A program made the position numbers and the translations under genes. Positions 1 to 8,900 of a stretch of DNA of 64,000 bases are shown here, in pieces. Position 1 is the stretch's first letter, and each line of letters begins with the position of its first letter. The DNA lies in contig CAZQXN010000001.1 of assembly GCA_964597545.1 (NCBI GenBank), forward strand, positions 69,655-133,654. Direction: 5' to 3'. The DNA comes from an uncultured Planctomycetia bacterium (GTDB taxonomy: Bacteria > Omnitrophota > Gorgyraeia > 1-14-0-20-64-10). Under the pieces are notes generated by a model. The model had not been told where the DNA came from. It worked only from the letters and a program-made list of their open reading frames with translations, and ran no database searches.

Positions 1-643
1 GCTTTTCCAGGGTTTGGCGGGCAGCAACCACATTGGAAAGCTTCTGGCCGATCGCCACATAGATGCAGACGACCCCGCTCTTGGCCTGATTGATGATGGT
101 GTCCAGCAGTATCGCGGTTTTGCCGGTTTGGCGGTCGCCGATGATCAGCTCTCTCTGGCCCCGGCCAATCGGAATCATGGCGTCGATCGCTTTGATCCCG
201 GTCATCAAGGGGGCCTTGACGGGCTGACGATCGATCACTGAGGGGGCATGCCCTTCGATCGGGCGGAAGTCATCGGTTACAATCGGCCCCTTGCCATCTA
301 AGGGACGGCCCAGGGCATCGACCACGCGGCCCAAGAGAGCCTTGCCCACTGGTACCTGGGCAAGCTTGCCGGTTCGCTTGACCTGGTCGCCGTCCTTGAA
401 CCCCTGGTCAGAGCCGAGGATTACGGCTCCCACGGAGTTGGCCTCAAGGTTGAGCGCCAGACCCATGACGCCCCCCGGAAACTCCAACATCTCTCCGGCC
501 ATCACATGTTCTAGGCCATAGAGGCGGGCAATGCCGTCACCCACCTGAAGGATCACTCCGACCCCTTCGAGTTTGAGTTTGGTTTTGTAAGACTCCAGCT
601 CCTGCTGGAGGATGGCGGTTACCTCTTCGGGTCGAATGCTCAT
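1..643 (-). CDS. atpA: F0F1 ATP synthase alpha subunit, N-terminal part; the gene continues beyond the window start
   Basis: The reverse-complement translation from the ATG at 643 reads [58 protein letters not shown]...[18 protein letters not shown], which includes the Walker A motif. This is a canonical AtpA N-terminus. Confidence 0.9.
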   Translation of the reverse strand, partial: MSIRPEEVTAILQQELESYKTKLKLEGVGVILQVGDGIARLYGLEHVMAGEMLEFPGGVMGLALNLEANSVGAVILGSDQGFKDGDQVKRTGKLAQVPVGKALLGRVVDALGRPLDGKGPIVTDDFRPIEGHAPSVIDRQPVKAPLMTGIKAIDAMIPIGRGQRELIIGDRQTGKTAILLDTIINQAKSGVVCIYVAIGQKLSNVVAARQTLEK

Positions 644-1239
644 GCCTTCACCTTTATGGACTTTAAATGTTCACGCAGATCGTTCAAGCGCCTCTGGATC
701 GATCCATCCAGCAAAGTGGTTCCAATGCGCACCCGAACACCCCCTAGAATCTCGCCTTCTACAGAGCGCTCCAACACCACCTCTTGACCTAAGCGTTTGG
801 TGAGGCCCTCAGCGATGGCATCGGTCTCAGCATTGGAGATGGGGTGTGCTGTGGTCACCTCTCCCCGGAGTGTTCCCTGGCGCAGCCGAGAGATCCGAAT
901 GGCCTCTTCGGCAATCTCCGGCAGATGATCCATGCGCCGGCGCTTAAGGAGCAAGCCCAGCAACTGCTGGGTCTCAGCGCCAATCCCCTCTGACCAAACC
1001 TTTTTGAAGAGCCCAGCCTTCTCTTTGAGTGCAATCTCCGGAGAATCCAAAAAACGTCTTAATGCCCTCGAGGCTGTGTAAGTTTCGGCGGTAACCTTAA
1101 GCTCCTCCAAACCCGCCTTGAGGCGCTCGCTGGAAGAGAGGGACAACGCTCCCTTGCGCCCAGAGGTCAAGGTTCCCACAAAGGCCTCGGCGTAACGCTG
1201 GGCCACGGTCCGGTCAACCACGGTCTGACCCCATGGCAT
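640..1239 (-). CDS. atpH: F0F1 ATP synthase delta subunit (OSCP)
   Basis: The 199-aa ORF begins ...[10 protein letters not shown]... and has a delta/OSCP-like helical composition. It sits between atpF and atpA in the canonical operon order. The start may instead be the GTG at 1221. Confidence 0.8.
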   Translation of the reverse strand: MPWGQTVVDRTVAQRYAEAFVGTLTSGRKGALSLSSSERLKAGLEELKVTAETYTASRALRRFLDSPEIALKEKAGLFKKVWSEGIGAETQQLLGLLLKRRRMDHLPEIAEEAIRISRLRQGTLRGEVTTAHPISNAETDAIAEGLTKRLGQEVVLERSVEGEILGGVRVRIGTTLLDGSIQRRLNDLREHLKSIKVKA

Positions 1240-1711
1240 TGACCTCCTGGATAAAGGCTTCGATCATCTTGCGATCGGTCTCTTCATCGAGGTGGCGCTC
1301 GAGGATCTTATGGTTGGCCTGGATGGCCAAGTCCACGACCTGCTCTTTGAGCGCCTCCCGAGCCTTGGCCACCTCGAGAGCAGCGGCCTCTTGGGCTTTC
1401 TCGAGGGTCTCGCGCGCATAGGTGCGCGCATCTTCCTCAATCTCACCGGCAACCCGACGCCCCTCTTGGACTGCCTCCTGGAGTTTTTTGCGCGCGGCCT
1501 CCTCTATCTTGGAGAGGCTCTCCTGGTACTGGACCTTAAGCTGTTCCAGCTCCTCTTTGGCCCGCTCGATGCTGCTGAGCTCATCGGCAATCCGCTTGGA
1601 GCGAGACTCCATGGCTCCTAACAGCTTGCCCCAGGCAAACTTCTTCAGGATCGCCAGAAGGATCAAGAAACCTAAGGCATGGACCAGGATCTGCTTGGGA
1701 TCAATCTCCAT
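1214..1711 (-). CDS. atpF: F0F1 ATP synthase subunit b
   Basis: The 165-aa ORF has an N-terminal TM helix (ILVHALGFLILLAILKKF) followed by a long charged coiled-coil (AKEELEQLKVQYQESLSKIEEAARKK...). Its operon position is consistent with atpF. Confidence 0.8.
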   Translation of the reverse strand: MEIDPKQILVHALGFLILLAILKKFAWGKLLGAMESRSKRIADELSSIERAKEELEQLKVQYQESLSKIEEAARKKLQEAVQEGRRVAGEIEEDARTYARETLEKAQEAAALEVAKAREALKEQVVDLAIQANHKILERHLDEETDRKMIEAFIQEVNAMGSDRG

Positions 1712-1736
1712 AGAAACGCTTCCCGCTGAATGCTTG

Positions 1737-1763
1737 TACGAAAGGGTCTGACCCCTTCGTACA
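1737..1763. repeat. Hairpin built on GGGTCTGACCCC, the reverse orientation of the GGGGTCAGACCCC repeat family; lies in the atpF-atpE intergenic spacer
   Basis: The sequence gtacgaaagggtctgaccccttcgtac is a near-perfect inverted repeat. The same 13-mer core recurs in tandem pairs inside era. Confidence 0.5.
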
Positions 1764-1768
1764 AATGT

Positions 1769-2014
1769 TTAGTGGATCCGCCCCTGCAGGATGAAGACCG
1801 TCACCAACGCGTAGATCGTCAAGGCCTCAATGAAGGCGCAGCCGATCACCATGCCGGTCTGAATCTTAGGTGCTGCCTCGGGTTGACGTCCCATCGCTTC
1901 CATCGCCGCAGAAACTGCCCGACCCAGCGCCGTCGCGCAGGCGATGGCAGCCAGGGCCAGCCCGAAGGGGAGCGCAAACCCCAGAACCACATTGGCTTCA
2001 AGTGCTGCTAACAC
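1769..2014 (-). CDS. atpE: F0F1 ATP synthase subunit c (proteolipid)
   Basis: The 81-aa ORF is a two-helix hairpin with GxGxGxG-like packing and the conserved acidic residue in helix 2 (...AFIEALTIYALV...). The revcomp RBS GGAGG lies at 2021-2030. Confidence 0.85.
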   Translation of the reverse strand: MLAALEANVVLGFALPFGLALAAIACATALGRAVSAAMEAMGRQPEAAPKIQTGMVIGCAFIEALTIYALVTVFILQGRIH

Positions 2015-2037
2015 GGTGTAGCCTCCTCTCTGAAATC

Positions 2038-2085
2038 GGTACCGGGTACACTTGCTAACAGCTGTGGATAACTGTACCCGGTACC
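2038..2085. repeat. Dispersed palindromic element, copy A (GGTACCGGGTACA - 22-nt loop - TGTACCCGGTACC), in the atpB-atpE intergenic region
   Basis: A perfect 13-bp inverted repeat. Related copies occur at 15818-15848 and 21826-21866, and their loop sequences are related (ctgtggataac versus ctgttgataag). Confidence 0.65.
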
Positions 2086-2091
2086 GGGGTT

Positions 2092-2841
2092 TTATTCCGC
2101 GGGGTGCGGAAGCATCATGCTGATAAAGACCGCGCTTAGGGTGGCAAAGACCACTGCCTGTGCGGTCGCCAAGATGAGTCCCAGCCCCATGGCCATCAAC
2201 TGCAGCAGAATCCCCATAGGACCAAAACCCACCGCCACCGCCAAGAAGGCATCCTCGGCGGTGATGTTAAAACCAAGCCGCATGGAAAGTGAGAGTGGCT
2301 TGACCAGCTCGCCAAACAAGTGGATAAAACCGATCAAGAGCCCAATCAAAACCATGAAGGCCCCCTTGGGCTCTCCCATCATGTGCGAGAGGTACCCCTT
2401 AAACCCAAAGGAACGAATCCCGGTGTATTGAATGTAAACAAAGACGCACAGGGCCAGTCCCGCGGTAGTGTTGAGATCCGCGGTGGGGGATTTCATGCCG
2501 GGGACAAGCCCCATCAAGTTCATGGCCCAGATGTAAAGAAAGAGGGTGCCGATGAAGGGCGCATAGTGGCGGGCGTGAGAACCCATGATCCCTTCAATAA
2601 AGCGGTTGAGCCCCTCGACCAAGATCTCAACAAAGTTCTGCCAGCCCTTTGGGATAAGCTCAGGCTTGCGGCTGACCAGACGGGCCAGAACACACAGGGC
2701 AAGAGCGGTGATGGCAGCAAAGATCAGATTCTCGTAGGTATGCAAAAAGCGGCCCAGGACAGTATCGGCGCCCACGGTCTCAGTTAGCCAGCTGACCCAA
2801 TTGGCGATGTGGGGGATGCCGCCGTGGCCTGTCTCAGACAT
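2092..2841 (-). CDS. atpB: F0F1 ATP synthase subunit a
   Basis: The 249-aa polytopic membrane protein carries a conserved Arg-containing C-terminal helix region (...SLSMRLGFNITAEDAFLAVAVGFG...). Its operon position is upstream of atpE. Confidence 0.8.
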   Translation of the reverse strand: MSETGHGGIPHIANWVSWLTETVGADTVLGRFLHTYENLIFAAITALALCVLARLVSRKPELIPKGWQNFVEILVEGLNRFIEGIMGSHARHYAPFIGTLFLYIWAMNLMGLVPGMKSPTADLNTTAGLALCVFVYIQYTGIRSFGFKGYLSHMMGEPKGAFMVLIGLLIGFIHLFGELVKPLSLSMRLGFNITAEDAFLAVAVGFGPMGILLQLMAMGLGLILATAQAVVFATLSAVFISMMLPHPAE

Positions 2842-3205
2842 GAGAAGCCTCGACCGGCTGATCCAGCGCCACGCAAGCTGCGATCACAGCCAAAACCACG
2901 GTAAACCCTAAGGCAAAGGAACCCACCCCAACCCAGCCCGACCAGAGGAGGGCAATCGCAGCAGGATAGAGCAGGCCGAACTTGGCCGCCAAAAGAAGGA
3001 TGAGCCTTCCCTTGCGCCGGCCATCGCTGCTTAAGAGCCAGCGCATCAGCCGCTCCAGCAGGAAGACATTGACGCTATTCCAAAGGGCGCCGCAGGCAAA
3101 TCCGATGGCTGCTGCCCGACTCCAAAAAAGGCCGATGGGCGCGGCGCAGAGGGTCGCAACTAAGGCAAGGATGAGCCCTTTCTGGATCGATCGTTCAGTC
3201 GGCAT
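2834..3205 (-). CDS. atpI: ATP synthase protein I-like small membrane protein
   Basis: A hydrophobic 4-TM ORF immediately upstream of atpB. I chose the internal ATG at 3205 (MPTERSIQKG...) because it abuts the stop of the upstream gene at 3195-3197, whereas the longer ORF starting at 3274 would overlap that gene. Confidence 0.5.
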   Translation of the reverse strand: MPTERSIQKGLILALVATLCAAPIGLFWSRAAAIGFACGALWNSVNVFLLERLMRWLLSSDGRRKGRLILLLAAKFGLLYPAAIALLWSGWVGVGSFALGFTVVLAVIAACVALDQPVEASHV

Positions 3206-3506
3206 CAGACTCCTTTTGTGCGTAACGGAACAGCCGGATGGTCTCAACGAAGGCTGCAACCAGCCCCACCACAACCAGGATCAAGACCCCCCAGGGGTCG
3301 GAATTCAAGCGCTGATCCAGGAAGCGGCCCAAAAAGAATCCGACTGTCGGCCCCCCCACCAGGACTAAGGGGATGGAGATGTAAATTCCCGCTTGGCGTA
3401 CCAGTTGGATGAGATGGCGCTCAGATTGCGGAGAAGCCAACGATAGTCTACCTTCTGTGATAAGAAGCGGTGAGAGGTACTTATCTATTATACGAGGCCT
3501 TTGCAC
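3195..3506 (-). CDS. AtpZ/AtpR-like small membrane protein; first gene of the atp operon
   Basis: A 103-aa ORF with two TM helices (IYISIPLVLVGGPTVGFFLGRFLD ... GVLILVVVGLVAAFVETI) at the 5' end of the atp operon. Placement and size match the AtpZ/AtpR family. This is inferred from context and composition only. Confidence 0.4.
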   Translation of the reverse strand: MQRPRIIDKYLSPLLITEGRLSLASPQSERHLIQLVRQAGIYISIPLVLVGGPTVGFFLGRFLDQRLNSDPWGVLILVVVGLVAAFVETIRLFRYAQKESDAD

Positions 3507-3554
3507 CTAAGTCAAAGCCCCCCTAGGGGTTTGAGGTTGGCCATGTCAGCGTCG

Positions 3555-3563
3555 TGCTATAAT
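3555..3563 (+). promoter_or_regulatory. Candidate extended -10 (TGcTATAAT) for the Nudix gene; implies a leaderless or near-leaderless transcript
   Basis: TGCTATAAT lies 9 nt upstream of the ATG at 3572, and no Shine-Dalgarno sequence lies between them. There is no good -35 at 17-bp spacing (ttgagg is 21 bp away). Confidence 0.25.
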
Positions 3564-3571
3564 CAATTCCT

Positions 3572-4123
3572 ATGGCGGTCCCGAAAATACGACTGGTCAA
3601 ATCCAAGCTGATCTACAAGGGGAGGCTTGCTACCCTCTCCCTGGACACCTGTCGGACTGCCGAGGGCCACCGCTTCTTCAGGGAGACCATCCAACACCCC
3701 CCATCTGCGGTGATTGTCCCCCTTTTACCGGGCAAGAAGGTCCTCCTGATCCGGCAATTCAGGCATGCGGTGGGCAAAACCATCTATGAGATCCCGGCGG
3801 GGACCCGAGAGCCCGGGGAATCCCTCTTGCGCTGTGCCAAAAGGGAGCTGGCCGAGGAGACCGGATACTCGGCTGCCGCCTGGAAGCGGCTGTGCCTCTT
3901 TTATCCGGCCCCCGGAATCTCAATGGAGCGGATGGTCCTCTACCGGGCCTTGGGGCTTAAAGCCATGAAGCGCCCAGCCAAGAAGGACAAGGACGAATAC
4001 ATCGCCACAGAGGCGGTGACAGTGGCGCGCGCAATGCGGCTCATCCGAGACAACCGAATCATCGACGGAAAAACCTTGCTGGGACTCCTCTGGGGACTGG
4101 GAAGGATCCGCTGGACACCCTAA
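3572..4123 (+). CDS. Nudix hydrolase (ADP-ribose pyrophosphatase-like)
   Basis: The Nudix box GTREPGESLLRCAKRELAEETG is present, matching GX5EX7REUXEEXGU. Confidence 0.85.
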   Translation: MAVPKIRLVKSKLIYKGRLATLSLDTCRTAEGHRFFRETIQHPPSAVIVPLLPGKKVLLIRQFRHAVGKTIYEIPAGTREPGESLLRCAKRELAEETGYSAAAWKRLCLFYPAPGISMERMVLYRALGLKAMKRPAKKDKDEYIATEAVTVARAMRLIRDNRIIDGKTLLGLLWGLGRIRWTP

Positions 4124-4124
4124 G

Positions 4125-4508
4125 ATGAATCCAACCACTGAGCTTTTAGAGAAGATCGAGACCCTCTGCAGGAAGGACAAGCGGTACAAGGTCGAGGCTT
4201 ACCTTTTTGTCTTGGGGGGCCTGCACTTTACCGTGACTCAAATGCCCAAGCCTCGTCATGTGACCGGCAAGGAGCTCTTGGAGGGGATCCGCCTCTATGC
4301 GGTCGAGCAGTTCGGCCCCTTGGCGATCCAGGTCTTTGAGCACTGGGGGGTCACCACCACTGAGGATTTTGGCCGCATCGTCTTTAACCTGGTGGATGCC
4401 AAGCTCTTGGGCAAGACCGAGGAGGACTCTTTGAGTGACTTCAAGGAGATCTACGACTTTACCTCGGCCTTTGACCCCAAGCCCCTCTTTAAGCTGGCCG
4501 AGGAGTAA
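4125..4508 (+). CDS. Conserved hypothetical protein, 127 aa
   Basis: A clean ORF that begins 1 nt after the Nudix stop. It contains no motif I can assign. Confidence 0.5.
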   Translation: MNPTTELLEKIETLCRKDKRYKVEAYLFVLGGLHFTVTQMPKPRHVTGKELLEGIRLYAVEQFGPLAIQVFEHWGVTTTEDFGRIVFNLVDAKLLGKTEEDSLSDFKEIYDFTSAFDPKPLFKLAEE

Positions 4509-4533
4509 TTGCTTCGCCGGCCCCGCCGGGCCC

Positions 4534-5787
4534 TTATCCCTTTCCCATCCGGACCGCCAGCCACCTGCCCATCTGCCGCAGGCCCTGCGCCGTCAGGATC
4601 AATAAAACCGGCTCGACCGCCCACCGATGCCGAGTCTCAATGTAGGCGAGGCTCTGGATTGCGGCGATCGAAAGCATCAGAAGAATCGGCAACCACTTGC
4701 CGCTGCCTGCCGCAGCATCCCTGAAGAAAGAGCGCGCCCCCAGCAGCGCACCGGCCAGCACCAAAAGATAGAACAGCTTGTATAACAGAAACCAGAGCTT
4801 CGGATACAGCAGTCCCGCCTGCGGCGTGAACCACCAGAAGAAATAAAACTTCTTGGCCGTCCTAGCCAAAAACCCAATGGGGTGCTCAGCCACATACCCT
4901 GTGGCCTCTTTCCAAAAGAGCTTATTCTGTCCCATCTCGTCGAGGCGGAAGATCTGCTCCTTGAGGGCCGGATCAGCCAGATTGAAGATATCTTCGCGCT
5001 CCGAGGATAAAGCAGAACCTGAGAAGTTCTCGTTGTTGCCCAGCCAGAAGACATAAGGTGTATTGGAGCGGGTCAAAACAAACTCCCCTTGCACTTGGTA
5101 ATTCCTGAAAACCCAAGGAGCAAGCACACACCCCAGCACCGCGACAAAGAGCAGGGTGCGGCGAGCAGCGAGCCCAAGACCCATCTTGCGTACGCGGAAG
5201 ATGTAGACAAAGGCCAGAGGCAGGAAGACCAGCGCTGTCGGTCGAGTAAGAGCACATACGCCGCTCACCAGTGCCGCCCCCACCCAATCCCTCAACCGAA
5301 AGTGCTTAAGCACCCGGAGCATCATCAAAAGCACTAAGCTCATCCCAAGAGCATCCAGGGTCAAGGGGTGGAGCTTGGTGGCATAGACAATCAGCCCTGG
5401 ATGCAGGGCGACGAGGGCCGCGGCCAAAAGGGCTGCCTTGGGTGAAACGATCGCCCGAGCACAGTGATAGATCACCACAACCAGCCCCGCCGACAAAAGG
5501 GCCTGGACCACCTGAAGTGCTAACACATTGTGCTTGGTCAAGAAATAGATGAATGCCGCCAGGGCCGGGTAAAGGGGCTCGCAGTAAGAACGATATAGGG
5601 TCCCAAGGTGCGGATAGACAAAGCCATTGCCCTCAAGCAGGTTGGTGGCGATCACCTCATACTCCCAAAACTGAGGGGGGATCACCGCCAGCGCCAAGAG
5701 GCGCACGGCCAAGGCCAGAGCGAAAATAGAGACAATCCAAAGGCCCCAGCGGGATTGCGCAACGGCTTGAGGAGGTGCGGTATCCAT
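4534..5787 (-). CDS. GT39/GT83-family membrane glycosyltransferase (ArnT/PMT-like)
   Basis: The 417-aa polytopic ORF has an N-terminal architecture typical of ArnT/dolichyl-phosphate-mannose mannosyltransferase-like enzymes (...RLLALAVIPPQFWEYEVIATNLLEGNGFVYPH...). Confidence 0.65.
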   Translation of the reverse strand: MDTAPPQAVAQSRWGLWIVSIFALALAVRLLALAVIPPQFWEYEVIATNLLEGNGFVYPHLGTLYRSYCEPLYPALAAFIYFLTKHNVLALQVVQALLSAGLVVVIYHCARAIVSPKAALLAAALVALHPGLIVYATKLHPLTLDALGMSLVLLMMLRVLKHFRLRDWVGAALVSGVCALTRPTALVFLPLAFVYIFRVRKMGLGLAARRTLLFVAVLGCVLAPWVFRNYQVQGEFVLTRSNTPYVFWLGNNENFSGSALSSEREDIFNLADPALKEQIFRLDEMGQNKLFWKEATGYVAEHPIGFLARTAKKFYFFWWFTPQAGLLYPKLWFLLYKLFYLLVLAGALLGARSFFRDAAAGSGKWLPILLMLSIAAIQSLAYIETRHRWAVEPVLLILTAQGLRQMGRWLAVRMGKG

Positions 5788-5925
5788 AGGACCTAAGTAT
5801 CACCACTTCTGTCGGACCCGTCAATACCTATCCATTCTGGATTCCCCCTGCTCCGTACGTTAATATACATAAAGTTGGTTATTTTCCTTGTTTTTTACCC
5901 CCTTTATAGGCCATACTTTCCTTAT

Positions 5926-8900
5926 ATGGTACATCATACGATGACACGCCCATTGGCCTTCCTGCTGGCCCTCCTGATTGGTTTGCCTGCCCCTGCTCTC
6001 CTGGGCAGCCAGGCACTGGCTGCGGAGCATGGTGCGGCTTCCTCTAGCCGCAGCCATCATCTGCGCCCTTCCATTGAAGAGCGGGTGGAGGCTGATCTCG
6101 CCTCCGGCCTGGAGGAGGGGGCTGAGGATCTCGCAACCATTCTTGAGGTGCCGACAATCCAGCAGCTGAGCGCAATCCCCCTCGAAAGAATCGGAGAGGC
6201 CTATCTGCTGGATCCCAGACCGACAACATCCGATTTGAAAGATCAATTTGAGTCTGCCCAGCGGGAGCTCTGGTCGGTTGGATTCAAGCACCGGGAGGCC
6301 CCTCATCTTGTCGTCGGCGTGGGCAGAGAGATTAAAGCGTCGGGGATAACCCATTTCTTGGGCAAGCTGTATTCACGGACAAGACCGACCTCTGTGAGGA
6401 TGCTTCACAAACATCCCGTTCGCTCAGCAATCCCGTCGCACAAGGATTTCAGCGGACTCAAGGAGTGGCGTAAGCGATATGGAAAAAGCGTTCGGCGGCA
6501 GCGCAATTGGATCAACGGCGCAGACAACGGCATCCAGCGCTTTGTGGAGTACGGACACCGGCGCTTGTGGCGCATATTCTCATCCAAGAAGCTACAGGCG
6601 CGGATCTGGAGGGGCGGTCCCAAGAAACCCGCCGAAGCATTCTTCATCCCGGGCACCGATCGATGGCATGTCAGCGACATCAGAAATCACTCTTTGCCGG
6701 GAACCGACCAGGAAGGACACTCCTACTTCTTCAGCCTGGTGGATACGCCGGGCGTTCAGCGGGTTGAATTCAACGACCATCAAGGACGCTGGGCAAGCTG
6801 CAGTGCGAGCGACACCTGGGAAGAGCTACTTGAGTCACAGGGTTACACCAGGCCAGCCTACTCCGGCCTGGAGGAGGAGTGGGTGGAGCGTATCCGTACA
6901 GCAACCCAGCAGTGGCAAGCCAAGGGTTGGAAGCTTTATGACCCTGAGGAGCTCTCCTCAGCTTTTGCCAAGATTGCCGCAAAGCTCGGGTCGGGTTTGG
7001 AGAAAACCCAAGCCTTGGACGCGCAGGATACCAGGCGTTTCATCTGGGAGCGCCGTCAAGAATTCATGGTGGCCTTCTCGCATCTGGCCGAGGCGCTGCA
7101 TCTGCCCCCTGAAAACAATCCGCTAAGCGTCATCGCACTCACCCCTGCACGCGGCAAGTCCCCACCAAAACAAGCTGTGTTGGATCTACCCTATGGTGAA
7201 GGGGTGCTCAGGGCGACGATCCATTTCCAGAACCCTTCCCAAACTCCCAGAACCAAATTCCAGTTTCAGATTCGGGATGCAGCGGGCACCGCCCGGCGTC
7301 TGGGTGAGATGCGCATGGGAGCTGACAAGGAACGGCGCGACACCCTTCCGCTGCTTCACATTGACGTGGTAGATCCGTTGCGCCCAAGAACACCTCACGG
7401 TGAAAAGAGGAAATGGATCTGGCACCTGGGTATCGATTGGGCCTTCACGCAGCAAGATGGCATTCAAGAGAAGCTCATCGCCTACAAGACATTCCAGGAT
7501 AATCTCGGCCAACGGGTGAGACAACTGAGCAGGCGCCCCACAAGGGACACTACCGCTGCTTCCGGCCAAGAAGAGCCAATCCTCTCCCTGCCTGGTGCAG
7601 TACAAGTACCGCTTGCAGATCTTCGCCTGGCTGAAAGAATTGAGGCACACACAGGGGTTGCCGGGATTGATCCTGTCCGGACAGCGCTGAAGCAATTGCC
7701 GAATTCGCTCGTTCTGGCGGTGGTCGGCTCTGCCTTCTTGAGTCCAGGCGAGGCGATTGCCGATCTGGACCTGGCAGTCTATGACACCGCAGAGGATGGC
7801 GCAGGGGTGTGGGAATTACTGGACAGGCTTGAAGATTGCTTGGGCCCATTGGGTGAGGTTACGCGCAGCCCGGCAGCCGGAGATGAGAAGGCGTGGACAG
7901 ACCCCTATACCCTGAGTGTCGAGGATGTGCGAGGCGGAGGAGAGAGTTTCCAGGTGGATATCTTTGCCCTTCCCATGAGTTTATTGCGCACCAACCCGAT
8001 TGTGGATGGCCTAGACGCCTTATTCTACGTCGGGGGATTCAATCCCCTCTTCCCGGTCTATGGGGTTCAAAGCAGTCAAGCGGCAGAGCAATTCGTTGAG
8101 ATTGCTGCAGCAATTCCAGAGACCACCCTGGTTGGCAATCTCACACAATGGAAGCAAGCGCTCCTGGAGGATGCGCAGATGCGTTTGAGGTTCGGCGAGT
8201 CCGAAGCAGAGGCCATCCAAAAAGTGCGCCGACGAGCCCGTACCGTTTTGTATGCCCTAGACAGCAATGAGGTCCCGGCACCAGATGCACTTCCAGGGAA
8301 CCAAAAAGAGCTTGGCGAATTGCTAAGAACCCTGCAGACCCGGCAGGGTGATTTCGTAGAGCGGGTGCGGGCAATCCGTCTCGCCTCCGGCCTGGAGGAG
8401 GGAATAGAGTTGGCTACTGTGCCGATCCCGCGAAGCGCCGATGAGACCGACGCGTACGTTAACCGGCTCCATAGAACACGAGTGGTTATCGGAGATGCCC
8501 TCCGCATTCCCTATGACCCTTCCTTTCCGGAAACGGTGGCAGAACGGCACCACCTTTCGGTGATCCGCCATCTGAACGACAATGCCTTCCTCCATTTCCT
8601 TGACAGGACCTCGATCGCCAATCCTCAGGCGCAATTTACCTTCTTCCTCACCCAAGGGGTGGTTGACGGCGCTCTGCGCTGGTTTCTGAATGTTCAATAC
8701 CAAGATAACAATCCAGAGGCGTGGGAACATCCCATCGAGAGCGCGGTGACGAAGTTAAGCGGTGGAAGCCAAAGGGATGGCGGCGGAGTGGGATTGTGGA
8801 CTGCTTACCAAGCAGTAGCGCAAATTCCTGATGCGGCCCTTATCGTTGAGGCTCGGGATGTAGACGGCCATCGGAAACGGCTGAAGTTTGTAAAGGCCTT

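Noticed and set aside
5978-6169. Short overlapping ORFs inside the giant gene in other frames (for example 6479..7126, 215 aa, on the plus strand)
   Set aside because: They are out of frame with the continuous 9.5-kb ORF and are compositionally biased (Ser/Arg/Pro-rich). The giant frame has a coherent domain signal.
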